Shown piece after piece: positions 25,174 to 37,469 of a stretch of 64,000 nt of DNA. The stretch is from NCBI GenBank assembly GCA_003427395.1, contig BFEA01000035.1, positions 1,185,379 through 1,249,378 of the forward strand. The letters are read 5' to 3'. Position 1 is the first letter of the stretch. Every line of letters starts with the position of its first letter. The translations under genes and the position numbers were made by a program. The DNA is from Chara braunii. Lineage: Eukaryota > Plantae > Charophyceae. The notes under the pieces were generated by a model. That model searched no databases, was not told the DNA's origin, and saw nothing but the letters and a program-made list of their open reading frames with translations.

Positions 25174-26326
25174 CTATAGCCTCTGCCATTCTTGCATCTC
25201 CCAATCCAGCCTTCCATTCAGTGTGTTTTTGCGCAGAAGCCCGCATAGGATTGCGAGCAGGTCGTCCGCCGACCAAATCTGGCTTGGCTTGATTTTCAGC
25301 TGCTGCATTTCCAGCAGCGTGCTATGGGACACCCAAGTCAGGCCGGCTTCCTTGGGTCTCCTCAAATCGAATGTAGATGTCTTTCTGTGCCATTTTCAGT
25401 TCCTTGGACGAGATGCTTAGGATAGCCATTGCCCCGGGGTCGTAGTTGTTCTGTACGAACTCTTTGACCTCAATCATGCTCAGTGTTCCTTCTCTTCTGA
25501 GATGCCATCCTAACAGCGACACCCCCCCGTGTGACGCTGCATACGGGTCGTCTGTTTCTGCCGGTGATAGACCAAGCTCCCACCTGCCTGCCTTTTTCCG
25601 GATTGGGAACATAATGCATTTGTCTGCAGGGTCCGGGCCTGTGTTGTGCAGCCCCTTCTCAATAAGGTGTCTTAATTTGTTTCTCTTAGACCCCTCCACT
25701 CCTTCCGGCTCCCCCCTTGGAGACTCGTTGTCTCCGCTCTCAATGTGCTGCAATTCTTGGGAGCAGGGGAGGGGGGGGGAGCACTGCAGACTTCCGTCAT
25801 CGGGGGGGACTGAGGGGGTAGCAAGGTCTGCAGTCTTGGGGGGCGTTGTGGTGGAAGGTGGGGAGGGTGACGCAGAGGCTCCAAGACCGTCCGGGGTGCT
25901 TGGGGATCCAGTGTCTTTTGCTTCAGGTGGAGTGAACAGTCTGTACACAATCCCCCAAATTTTGAGCAGGACCTGTTGCTGTGTGGCGTCCTGCGGCGGT
26001 CCCTGCTCCAGCACCTTTCTCAGGCTAGGGCTGCTAATCAGGATGGTCACTAGATGGGAGTACACTTCGTCCCAGAACTGTTCCGTACCATGTGGGTATT
26101 GGCCCTGTAAGCGCTGAACAAGCCAATCTGCTAAGCTTTGGAGCTTAGTATCTGCATCGTCTCCTCGCTGTGTGCCCTCCGGTCCCTCCCATCCTGCTGG
26201 GCAATTGTCCTGCATGTCCTGCATTTCTACGTTGGGGTCGTCGATGTCCATTGGTTGGGGATTGAAGGCTGTGCTGAACATATCCCCTGCCTCCACCTTT
26301 TTTAGTTTGTCCAGCCCTTGTAGCAT
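25174..26326 (-). pseudogene. LINE ORF1-position protein, Pro/Ser-rich, no recognisable RRM or zinc knuckle
   Basis: 334-aa ORF directly upstream of ORF2. FPIRKKAGRWELGLSP matches VPVRKKKGIWEVALCP at ~58900. Confidence 0.6.
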
Positions 26327-27474
26327 ACCCGGTGGTAGGTGCGGCCAGCCCTGTGTGTTTGTTTTTGCTCAGAGCGTGGGGGTGCGGGATCGATTCTTTT
26401 TTGTTTTCTTTTCTGTCCATTTTCTCCCTTCTTCTTTCCAACTCCTGTGCACCCCCTTCCTTTCTTCCTACCACCAGTGCAGCCCCCTCCTCCGCCCTGA
26501 CACCACCACCGGCCTGAGTTACGAACGCCTTTTCGAACTCAGGCCCTGACACAGACGCCGATGCCTGTTTTTTCTGCCCATTACGAACTCCCACGTGACA
26601 TAAACGTACTTCCCCCTAAAATAAATCACTTGCACAAATGCATGTGGAAATGGAAATAATAATACTAATAATAATCGAACACCAATTGGAACCTCCCCTC
26701 CCCTGTATCTGACGTCCCGATTGCATCAACAGAGCAGCAGTGTCTATGGTGTGCAAACTGCCCACCCCTGTGCCCAGGTTATGTTGAGTAAGCCAGCCTC
26801 GTCCGACCTATTTTTATCCTCACGTACTTTGCAAGTCGGTTTCCCCGCGGGAGTATCTTTAACAATGGTCCAATCCACGTCGATCCCCCATAAGGCTGAC
26901 TCACCCCGCACCCGTCAATACGCTGCAAGAGCTTGAAGGACAATGATGCAAAGCATGCGTGCTCTACTCCCTTGGGTTGGCATGGTGACCGTGACCCGTG
27001 CTTCGTCCAGGGCCCTTCAGAGGCACTGCCCTCTCCCACCAGATGCGCCACCAGGAAGAATGTCGACTCTCAAGGTAGAGCGCTCATAACTCCTGAACCA
27101 GAAGAGGACTCTCAAACCGAACTCTCTTCCTCACGGTAAGAAGAGATTGAGATGGGAAGATACGGTAAGGAAACAACGTACCTGATGAGAGCTGCCCCCA
27201 GCCACAGATTTCTCACCAATTGAGCCGACGTGCATTTTGATGACTGGTCATAGCCTCAGTACCACCCACAATGCAATGCAGTGCCACCTCAGCCAAAATG
27301 ACAAATCAGCATGCCCTCATCATTCCACACACACCTGTTGTTGCCACAGCCTTCCATCCCACTCTGCTCTACCCGGGATGGACCAATAAAGCCAGCGTCA
27401 AAGTATCCTCACTGCGTAGAAGCTTCACACCAAGTAACCAAGACACCCGCGGCAGTAACGGCGATATCGAACCA

Positions 27475-27486
27475 GCTCTGATACCA
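27475..27486 (-). promoter_or_regulatory. tRNA-iMet primer binding site of an LTR-element remnant
   Basis: Exact TGGTATCAGAGC on the minus strand, 3 nt from a possible LTR end (TG at 27490 on plus). Confidence 0.7.
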
Positions 27487-28554
27487 AATTGCAAGGAATT
27501 TGACCGAGGCCGATACACAGAAATCCAAATTGCAAAATCACACTGTAGACCAGATAGTCGAGAACCAAGCCGAAAGCATAATGCACCGAGATACAAGCCA
27601 AATAAGAGCAGAAAAATGAACTCAAATGTTGATGTGTCGCCACATCAATGCAGTGTCGTTCTACCTGATTGGCGCTCAGCGCCCAGCCTATACTACTAGG
27701 CCTAGACTAGCCTACACTATGTTCGTGCAACAGGGTCCACTGTGAAGATGAAGACCACTGTATGTGACGACGTGGCCAATGCGGACTGCCAGCATACACC
27801 AGGTACGTGTCTCTCTCCTCCCCTCGTCACCCCCTGTCACCTTACCTGAAGACTGCCGTCACCATCACCCGCCTGTGCGCCCCAGCAGCCCGGCTTTGGC
27901 CACCGTGCTCCTGCTGACACCGCAGCGCCCTCTCTCACCGCTAGTGCCCCGCGTGTGCCCCTGGCCAGCCCAGTGGACTCAGCACTCACTAATGCAGCAG
28001 CGCTGCCGCGTCTGCTTGCCAGCCAGAATGTCCCCTTGGCTGGGCGCTCACTTTCCTATACAGAAAGTGAGCCCTGCTTCTTGCAGGTCTGGGGCTGGCG
28101 TGGAGGGGCCCAGTAGCTTCACGTTGGGCCAAAGTGTCTTCACCCAGGACCATTCACACAGTTGCCTGGTATCGCAGCTTCAAGTGCGCCCAACCACCCA
28201 CGCAGCCTGTGATGTGTTCCCTCCTTTCTTATAGGCTGAGAGGCCAGCTTCCACGTCCAAGCTTCCAGGAGCCTGGAAACTTCCTTGAAGATTCTGATTC
28301 TCACGAGCAGGGCCTCTGGAACCAACATCCACATGGTAACTGTCTGGTGCCCACTTATGCAGAAATGACAAAATCCGGGGCCCCATGTCGAATTTAGGCC
28401 CGCCTTCACTTGGGGTGGGCACATTACTTACTTGGGGGACCCTTAGGCATCTGGAGGCCGCGACCAAGCGGCCAATGTAAGGGCTCATTCCTCGCATTTT
28501 GTTTTCTTCTGTTTTTTCAAAGGGCGAGAGTCTAGAGATATATGCACAGGTGAC

Positions 28555-28672
28555 CGGCCCCTGGTAATTCAAGATCATGACTATTGATCTTTATTGTAGA
28601 TTATATGTTACACAGGGACGCTGGACCCGATTTCCAGCAGGTGCAGCTCCCCGCCAATAGATGGAATCTTCA
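28555..28672 (+). mobile_element. SINE-like / non-autonomous 3' tail carrying the LINE terminal motif
   Basis: GGCCCCTGGTAATTCA...GGGACGCTGGACCCGATTTCCAGC...CAATAGATGG, homologous to 19270-19360. Confidence 0.6.
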
Positions 28673-28927
28673 ATACAGGAACTGCTTAATAGGGATGCTC
28701 TTAGCACCCCGTTAATCGGAACCCCTGAACTTGAAGGTTTCAGAAAAAAAGAAAAAAAAAACGGGTTGTTGACTATTCGATCGCCTATTATGACTGGTAT
28801 TCAGAGTTCTTTTCCAGACTTCATGTTTCTTGAATACAGTGTGTAACTTGAGGGTCTCAACCCTGAGAAGCCATGGATGCTGTGAATTTCAGCTGAAATG
28901 ATACTGGTGAGAATTCAACCTTAGAAT

Positions 28928-29197
28928 TCTTTTATTGGGTGTCTCCCAACTATCTAGTAGGACCTGAGCAGGCTTTTTCCCCCACCACATTCTCGGCGCC
29001 ACACTTGGTGACAACTCGGGGCCACTTTCCCAGATCTCTCTACCGGTTACAGGGTGGCACTACTCACCCCAGTGCCGACCAGCGTCATTCTGGCCTTGGC
29101 CCGCATACCTCAGGCCGCTGAAAGTGACGGCAGTGGGTTTTGAACCCAGCACCTACTAGGTGCTGCTCAGGTATGAAACCTACTGAGCTAGTTGACG
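28928..29197 (-). mobile_element. tRNA-derived SINE-like element
   Basis: Minus-strand A box TAGCTCAGTAGG and B box GGTTCAAAACC in a T-arm hairpin; no acceptor stem; body similar to 18865-18955; ends AATAAAAG. Confidence 0.65.
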
Positions 29198-29277
29198 GGA
29201 CAAGTATGAGATTACCTACATCCGAAACTTTATATTCCCTGCTCAGATGTGGACAGTTGCATGCAATCTCCTGACAC

Positions 29278-29363
29278 GTACCTTTCTAGGCATTTGGCTA
29301 AGGTCAAGTGTAGTATCGTTTCTGATCAGTTTAATATCTGGTCCGTGGTTCATGGGAACACAT
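29278..29363 (+). pseudogene. U2: Truncated, retroposed U2 snRNA pseudogene (5' domain to stem IIb)
   Basis: gTACCTTTCTaGGCaTTTGGCTAAGgTCAAGTGTAGTATC...ATCAGTTTAATATCTG matches the plant U2 5' end, including the branch-recognition GTAGTA (29310-29315). No Sm site; A-rich tail; CTGACAC flanking repeat. Confidence 0.9.
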
Positions 29364-29629
29364 GAAGAAAAAGAAGAAACAAAAGGACTGACACATTGAG
29401 ACAGCAAAATACATTCCTTTTCCTTTTTGACAGCAAGATACATTCTGATCCTGGCATCTTGGAATTATATTGCATGGGAACTGTCATCCCTTCTTTTCTA
29501 TATACATATTTAATAGAGTAAATGGTAACCATTGTTCTTGACAGGCTGTGATGGGGAGTGGCCTACATTCTATAACAGGAAGGTCATTAGGTCTCACTCC
29601 ACTTCTCTCGACTCTCAATTTTTTTAGAG

Positions 29630-29890
29630 TTCGCCGTAGCTCCACTTACTCTTCAAAGGGACTCTCAAGATGTCATTCCGAGAGCTGTCAGGCATCACCA
29701 TGGAAAACCAGTTTTTCGAGAGTTCCCCCGCCTGCAACTCGCTTATTTTCGAGGGTCCTCGAGGGGCTCGTTTTTCGAGTCCACATCGAGTAGAGGTGGA
29801 CAAGCCAGAAGTTTAGGTGTCAGGTAGTGATGTCAGCTAGTGCTCTTGGAGTTCGAGAGTCCCGCCTTCTAGAGTAAGTGGAGCGAGGCA
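29630..29890. repeat. ~250-nt fold-back inverted repeat
   Basis: GCTCCACTTACTCT (29639) pairs with AGAGTAAGTGGAGC (29871); GGGACTCTC (29658) pairs with GAGAGTCCC (29855). Confidence 0.8.
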
Positions 29891-31044
29891 GCTATTTTGG
29901 AGATTTTCGTGCGTCTGACAACTCCCGTACTCTCGTAGGTTGAGTCTAGTGATCAGCAACCGGTCGTTCGCTTAACCTTCCAATATATGGAGGTCGCAGT
30001 ATTTCGACTGACCTGCTCAGCTTAGTTCTGATGACAACGTGACAACAGGTGGCGGCAGCTCCTATCTGGAGAATGATGATTGCACAAGGTAGAGCGAGGC
30101 GCTACGAAGCAGGGTGGGATCTGTGTGATGAATTTAAGGCATGGCCGGAGGAGGCGTCGACAGAGCAGCCATCGCTGGCCATTCAGCTCTTTGAGGAGAC
30201 TGCTCTGCTGACCACGGACGCTGCTGTCACAGGAGGCATAGAAGATAGGCCGTTTTATCAGACCTCTGTTGACGTGCGACTTTCTCCTAATGGCTGCCAG
30301 TGGGCGGCTGCTGGTAACCACTCGGTCACAGTGGATCCACTCCCCCTTCTCCTTGTTCTCCTCCCAGTCTTCTGTTTCACGTAGAAGGGCTGTTTGTGAC
30401 TACTTTCTCCCTGAGCTTTGTCACTCTTCTGAATTCCCTTCTTCACTTTTTAAAGCCTTGGCAGTGCGTTTGGCCTTTCTCCCTTCACCTAGTCTGGATT
30501 CGGGACGGTGGTGGGAAAGATCCGTACGGGGAGGTACAAGTGGTTAACAGGGAACCCCACTTTTCAGCCCTGGTTAACCACCCCAGCACTGAAAAGTTCA
30601 TTTGGGGATGTGGTGTTTGCTGGAGTCTTGGAGATGACTGTTTTGGCCAACCCTGGAAATCTTGAAATTTCTGAAAATTCTGAAAATTGAAAAGGGCGAA
30701 TTTTGCACGAAAACAGACTTCTGCCTTGGGGTGTAAGGCCCCTTTGATCCATTTTTTAACTTTTTTTTTTTGCCGTTGGTTTATTTGGTGTCCACTCTAT
30801 GGAATGGTGACAGGTCTGGCGTAAAAGGTGTGGGACGTTTTTATTAATGGCTCTAAAAAAACCCTGAAAATTTAGTGCTCTGTTAACAGCTTCTCGTTGA
30901 CGGGGGTGGTGCGGCGCCAATGCTGGTGCTACTTAGTCGGGAACTCCGGTAACATCCACTTAGTAGGTCACATCCCTGGGTAGGAGGGGGCGAAAAACAA
31001 AACAAAAGCAACAAAACGACAAACAAAAACACCAATAACAATAG

Positions 31045-31550
31045 TGGGGAGGCGGTGTCGAGCACATCGGTCCCGCAGGGCTACCTTCCCGCCCGTGTCA
31101 TGCAGGATTTTGCAGGACTTTTCCGCGAGGGAGCTTTCGCCGCTCCGACCGAGTGCGCTAGCCGCACCTCTCGCGAACCCCTATGATAGGATAGGGGCCA
31201 CGCGAGGCACAACTTACCTCTGCCCAAGGGGCTGTCACCACTCTTGGACAGGTGTATCCCCGCCGAGCTACCGAACCACGTGCGAAAGTTGCTTGAGTGC
31301 AATCACAGAGGTGGCCCAACCGAGGCGTTTCTCGTTCGCTGTAGCGTAGGGGATATGTGCGGTCGAACGCCTTTAAATCATACTTGCGGCGCATCGATGC
31401 GCTGCACGATGCGGCTCGGTGCGCAGCGCGCCGTGCGCCCGTCGGGGATGCGCGATGCGCACGCACCGATGCGCAGTGCGCAATGCTCGATGCGCTGCGC
31501 GGCACTTGGATGCGCAGTGCACCAGTGCACCGGGCCTGCGCGTGCCGCGT
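31045..31550 (+). mobile_element. PPT-like tract and start of a Gypsy LTR (same family as 12950-14273)
   Basis: GGGGAGGCGG followed by TGTCGAGCACATCGGTCC; 31056-31350 is the reverse-complement homologue of 13975-14273. Confidence 0.7.
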
Positions 31551-34500
31551 GCTTTTCACTCTCATCTTGTCAAGTCCATGCTCTTGGTAGCGTTCCGGTT
31601 CTCACTTGGTTCTTCAACTTCCCATGTGCTTGTGCTTTCACTCTCATCTTGTCAAGTTTGTGCTCTTGGTATGTTTTGGTTCTCACTTGGTTGTTCAACT
31701 TCTCAGGTGCTTGTGCTTTCACTACTCATACTCTCATCTTGTCAAGTTCGTGCGCTTGATAGTGTTTCGGTTCACACTTGGCTGTTTAACTTATCATGTG
31801 CTTTTGCTTTCACTCTCATCTTGTCAAGTTCGTGCTCTTGGTAGTGTTCCGATTCACACTTGGTTGTTCAATTTGTCATGTGTTTGTGGTTTTCAATCCC
31901 ATCTTGTCAAGTTCATACTCTTGGTAGTGTTCCGGTTCTCAGTTGGCAGTTCAACTTCCCATGTGCTTGTGCTTTCACTCTCATCTTATCAAGTTCGTGC
32001 TCTCGGTAGTGTTCCGGTTCTCACGTGGCTGTTCAACTTCTCATGTGATTGTGATTGCACGACTCATACTCTCATCTTGTCAAGTTTATGTTCTTGGTAG
32101 TGTTCCGGCTCTCACTTGGTTGTACAGCTTCTCATGTGCTTGTGCTTTCACTCTCATCTTGTCAAGTCCATGCTCTTGGTAGTGTTCCGGTTCACACTTG
32201 GCTGATCAACTTCTCATGTGCTTGTGCTTTCACTCTCATCTTGTCAAGTTCATACTCTTGATAGTATTTCGCTTCTCACTTAGTTGTTTAACTTCGCATG
32301 TGCTTATGCTTTCAGTCTCATCTTGTCAAGTTCGTGCTCTTGGTAGTGTTCCGGTTCTCATTTGGCTATTCGACTTCTCATGTGCTTGTGCTTTCACCAG
32401 TCATACTCTCATCTTGTCAAATTCATACTCTTGGTAGTGTTCCGGTCCTCACTTGGTTGTTCAACTTCCCATGTGTTATTGCTTTCACTCTCATCTTGTC
32501 AAGTTCGTGCTCTTGGTAGTGTTTCGGTTCTCACGTGGTTGTTCAACTTCTCATGTGTTTGTGCTTTCACTATTTATACTCTCATCTTGTCAAGTTCGTA
32601 CTCTTGGTAGTGTTTCGGTTTACACTTGACTGTTTAACTTATCATGTGCTTGTGCTTTCACTCTCATCTTGTCAAGTTCATGCTCTTGGTAGTGTTCCGG
32701 TTCACACTTGGCTGTTCAATTTCTCATGTGCTTATGCTTTTCAATCTCATATTGTGAAGTTCATACTCTTGTTAGTGTTCCTGCTCTCACTTTGTTGTTC
32801 AACTTCCCATGTGCTTGTGCTTTCACTCTCATCTTGTCAAGTACGTGCTCTTGGTGATGTTCCAGTTATTACTTGGTTGTTTAACTTATCATGTGCTTGT
32901 CATTTCACTACTCATACTCTCATCTTGTCAAGTTAATGTTTTTGGTAGTGTTCCGGTTCTGACTTGGTTGTTCAACTTCTCATGTGCTTGTGCTTTCACT
33001 CTCATCTTGTCAAGTCCGTGCTCTTGGTAGTGTTCCGGTTTACACTTGGCTGATCAACTTCTCATGTGCTTGTGCNNNNNNNNNNNNNNNNNNNNNNNNN
33101 NNNNNNNNNNNNNNNNNNNNNNNNNNNNNNNNNNNNNNNNNNNNNNNNNNNNNNNNNNNNNNNNNNNNNNNNNNNNNNNNNNNNNNNNNNNNNNNNNNNN
33201 NNNNNNNNNNNNNNNNNNNNNNNNNNNNNNNNNNNNNNNNNNNNNNNNNNNNNNNNNNNNNNNNNNNNNNNNNNNNNNNNNNNNNNNNNNNNNNNNNNNN
33301 NNNNNNNNNNNNNNNNNNNNNNNNNNNNNNNNNNNNNNNNNNNNNNNNNNNNNNNNNNNNNNNNNNNNNNNNNNNNNNNNNNNNNNNNNNNNNNNNNNNN
33401 NNNNNNNNNNNNNNNNNNNNNNNNNNNNNNNNNNNNNNNNNNNNNNNNNNNNNNNNNNNNNNNNNNNNNNNNNNNNNNNNNNNNNNNNNNNNNNNNNNNN
33501 NNNNNNNNNNNNNNNNNNNNNNNNNNNNNNNNNNNNNNNNNNNNNNNNNNNNNNNNNNNNNNNNNNNNNNNNNNNNNNNNNNNNNNNNNNNNNNNNNNNN
33601 NNNNNNNNNNNNNNNNNNNNNNNNNNNNNNNNNNNNNNNNNNNNNNNNNNNNNNNNNNNNNNNNNNNNNNNNNNNNNNNNNNNNNNNNNNNNNNNNNNNN
33701 NNNNNAACTTCTCATGTGCTTGTGCTTTCACTCTCATCTTGTCAAGTCCGTGCTTTTGGTAGTGTTCCGGTTCACACTTGGCTGATCAACTTTTCATGTG
33801 CTTGTGCTTTAACTCTCATCTTGTCAAGTTCATACTCTTGGTAGTGTTTAGGTTCTCACTTGGCTGTTCAACTTCTCATGTGCTTGTGATATCACTCTCG
33901 TCTCATCAAGTTCATGCTATTGGTAGTTTTCCGTTTCACACTTGGTTGTTCAACTCCCCATGTGTTTGTGCTTTCACTCTCATCTTGTCAAGTTCATGCT
34001 CTTGGTAGTGTTCCGACTCTCACTTGGTTGTTCAACTGCCCATGTGCTTGTGCTTTCACTCTCATCTTGTCAAGTTTGCGCTCTTGGTAGTGTTGCGGTT
34101 CTCACTTGGTTGTTCAACTTCTCATGTGCTTGTGCTTTCACTACTCGTACTCTCATCTTGTCAAGTTCATACTCTTGGTAGTGTTTCGGTTCGCACTTGG
34201 CTGTTCAATTTCTCATGTACTTGTGCTTTCACTCTCATCTTGTCAAGTTCGTGCTCTTGGTATTGTTCCGGATCACACTTGGTTGTTCAATTTCTCATGT
34301 GCTTATGCTTTTCACTCTCATCTTGTCAAGTTCATACTCTTGGTAGTGTTCCGGTTCTCACTTGGTTGTTCAACTTTCCATGTGCTTTATGCTTTCACTC
34401 TCATCTTACCAAGTTTGTGCTCTTGGTAGTGTTCCTGTTCTTACTTGGTTGTTCAACTTCTCATGTGCTCGTGCTTTCACTACTCATACTCTCATCTTGT

Positions 34501-36968
34501 CAAGTTTATGTTCTTGGTAGTGTTCCAGTTCTCACTTCGCTGTTCAACTTGTCATGTGCTTGTGCGTTCACTCTCATCTTGTCAAGTTAGTGCTCTTGGT
34601 AGTGTTCTGGTTCACACTTGGCTGATCAACTTCTCATGTGCTTGTGCTTTCACTCTCATCTTGTCAAGTTCATACTCTTGATAGTGTTTCGGTTCTCACA
34701 TAGCTGTTTAACTTCCCATGTGCTTGTGCTTTCACTATCATCTTGTCAAGTTCGTGCTGTTGGTAGTGTTCCGGTTCTCATTTGGCTGTTCGACTTCTCA
34801 TGTGCTTGTGCTTTCACCAGTCATACTCTCATCTTCTCAAATTCATACTCTTGGTAGTGTTTCGGTTCTCACTTGGCTGTTCAACTTCCCATGTGCTGTT
34901 GCTTTCGCTGTCATCTTGTCCAGTTCGTGCTCTTGGTAGTGTTTCGGTTCTCACTTGGTTGTTCAACTTCTAAGGTGTTTGTGCTTTCACTACTCATACT
35001 CTCACCTTGTCAAGTTCGTGCTCTTGGTAGTGTTTCGGTTCACACTTGACTGTTTAACTTATCATGTGCTTGTGCTTTCACTCTCAGCTTGTCAAGTTCG
35101 TGCTCTTGGTAGTGTTCCGGTTCACACTTGGCTGTTCAATTTCTCATGTGCTTATGTTGTTCAATCTCATATTGTCAAGTTCATACTCTTGTTAGTGTTC
35201 CGGTTCTCACTTGGTTGTTCAACTTCCCATGTGCTTGTGCTTTCACTCCCATCTAGTCAAGTACGTGCTCTTCGTAGTGTTCCGGTTCTCACTTGGCTGG
35301 TCAACTTTTCATGTGCTTGTGATTTCACTACTAATACTCTCATCTTGTCAAGTTCATGTTCTTGGATGTGTTCCGGTTCTGACTTGGCTGTTCAACTTCT
35401 CATGTGCTTGTGCTTTCACTCTCATCTTGTCAAGTCTGTGTTCTTGGTAGTGTTCTGGTTCACACGTGGCTAATCAACTTCTCATGTGCTTGTGCTTTCA
35501 TTCTGATTTTGTCAAGTTCATACTCTTGGTAGTGTTCCGGTTTTCACTTGGCGGTTCAACTTCTCAGTGCTTGTGCTTTCACTCTCGTCTCGTCAAGTTC
35601 ATGCTCTTGGTAGTTTTCCGTTTCACACTTGGTTGTTCAACTTTCCATGTGCTTGTGCTTTCACTCTCATCTTGTCAAGTTCATGCTCTTGATAGTGTTG
35701 CGGTTCTTAGTTGGTTGTTCAACTTTTCATGTGCTTGTGCTTTCACTACTCATACTCCCATCTTGTCAAGTTCATACTCTTGGTAGTATTCTGGTTCTCA
35801 CTTGGCTGTTCAATTTCTCATGTGCTTGTGTTTTTCACTCTCAACTTGTCAAGTTCGTACTCTTAGTAGTGTTCTGGTTCTCACTTGGCTGTTCAACTTC
35901 CCATGTGCTTGTGCTTTCTTTCTCATCTTGTCAAGTTCGTGCTCTTGGTAGTGTTCCGGTTCACACTTGGCTGTTCAACTTCCCATGTGCTTGTGCTTTT
36001 ACTCTCATCTTGTGAAGTTCGTGCTCTTGGTAGTGTTCCGGTTCGCACTTGGCTGTTCAATTTCTCATGTGCTTGTCTTTTTCACTCTCATCTTGTCAAG
36101 TTCATGCTCTTGGTAGTGTTCCAGTTTACACTTGGCTGATCAACTTCTCATGTGTTTGTGCTTTCACTCTCATCTTGTCAAGTTCATACTCTTGGTAGTG
36201 TTCCGGTTCTCGCTTGGCTGTTCAACTTCTCATATGGTTGCGCTTTCACTCTCGTCTCGTCAAGTTCATGCTCTTGGTAGTGTTCCATTTCACACTTGGC
36301 TGTTCAACTCCCCATGTGCTTGTGCTTTCACTTTCTTGTCAAGTTCATGCTCTGGGTAGTGTTTCGGTTCTCACTTAGCTGTTCAAATTCTCATGTGCTT
36401 GTGCTTTCATTCTCATCTTGTCAAGTTCATACTTTTGGTAGTGTTCCGGTTCACACTTTGTTGTTCAACTTGTCATGTGCTTGTGCTTTCATTCTCATCG
36501 TGTGAAGGACATGCTCTTCGTAGTGTTCCGGTTCTCACTTGGCTTTTCAAGTTCTCATGTGCTTGTACTTTTACTACTCATAATTTCATCTTGTCAAGTT
36601 CGTGCTCTTGGTAGTGTTCCGGTTCTCACTTGGTTGTTCAACTTCGCATGTGTTTGTCCTTTCACTACTCATGCTCTCATCTTGTCAAGTTTGTGCTCTT
36701 GGTAGTGTTCCGGTTCATACTTTTTTGTTCAACTTCCTATGCGCTTGTGCTTTCACGCTCAACTTGTCAAGTTCCTGTTCTTGGTAGTATTCTGGTTATC
36801 ACTTGCATGTTCAACTTCTCATGTGCGTGCTTTTACTCTCGTCTTGTCAAGTTATTGCTCTTGGTAGTATTCCGTTTCACACTTGGCTGTTCAGCTCCCC
36901 ATGTGCTTGTGATGTCACTCTCATCTTGTCAAGTTATGTTCTTGGTAGTGTTTCGGTTCTCACTTGGC
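31550..36968. repeat. Satellite array of 82-bp monomers (91-bp variant with CTACTCATA), ~55 visible copies
   Basis: CTTTCACTCTCATCTTGTCAAGTTC.TGCTCTTGGTAGTGTTCCGGTTCTCACTTGG.TGTTCAACTTCTCATGTGCTTGTG with periods of 82/91; N gap at 33076-33705. Confidence 0.97.
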
Positions 36969-37160
36969 TGTTACTACTGAAGGATGGGTGACCGACATTT
37001 CGATGTTACTACTGTGGGATGGTTGACCAGCATTTGGATGTTGCTACTGTGGGATGGGTGATTGACATTTGGTTGTTGATACTGTGGGATGGGTGACCGA
37101 CATTTGGCAGTTACTGTTGGGGCATGGGTGACCGGCGCTTGGTTGCTAGTGCGGGAGGGT
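36969..37160. repeat. ~35-bp minisatellite (~5 copies)
   Basis: TGTTACTACTGTGGGATGGGTGACCGACATTTGG repeated. Confidence 0.85.
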
Positions 37161-37275
37161 GGTTTGATTAGGACTAGGACCTTTTTCTCTCTCTCTCTCT
37201 TTCCCCCTCTTCCTTCTCCTTCTATCGATTCCTCTCTTTCACTCCCCCTCCCTCATTCTTCCCTCTGCTTCCTTC

Positions 37276-37281
<6 letters not shown>

Positions 37282-37352
<71 letters not shown>

Positions 37353-37353
37353 N

Positions 37354-37416
<63 letters not shown>
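37282..37416. repeat. (CT)n microsatellite
   Basis: Read directly from the sequence. Confidence 0.97.
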
Positions 37417-37420
<4 letters not shown>

Positions 37421-37469
37421 TTTTCTTTCTCTATTATCTCGCTCTTCGTCCTACCCTCTCCACCCTTCC

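Larger units (their letters stand above)
20320..26592 (-). mobile_element. Near full-length L1/Tx1-clade LINE (5' UTR, ORF1, ORF2, 3' UTR)
   Basis: APE-RT-zf order; 3' motif at 20326-20350; 5' end homologous to 19490-19592. Confidence 0.9.

Noticed and set aside
27182-27230. CTGATGA hammerhead-like core (also 53818 and 54903)
   Set aside because: No correctly placed stem II followed by GAAA, and no stems I/III.
29124-29197. Functional tRNA gene
   Set aside because: A and B boxes are present, but there is no acceptor stem or canonical anticodon arm.
30049-30384. 111-aa ORF of plausible composition
   Set aside because: No recognisable motif or paralogue in the window, so it cannot be supported.
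31606-36991. Many hydrophobic ORFs in the satellite (also 52943-54064)
   Set aside because: Translation artefacts of tandem repeats.
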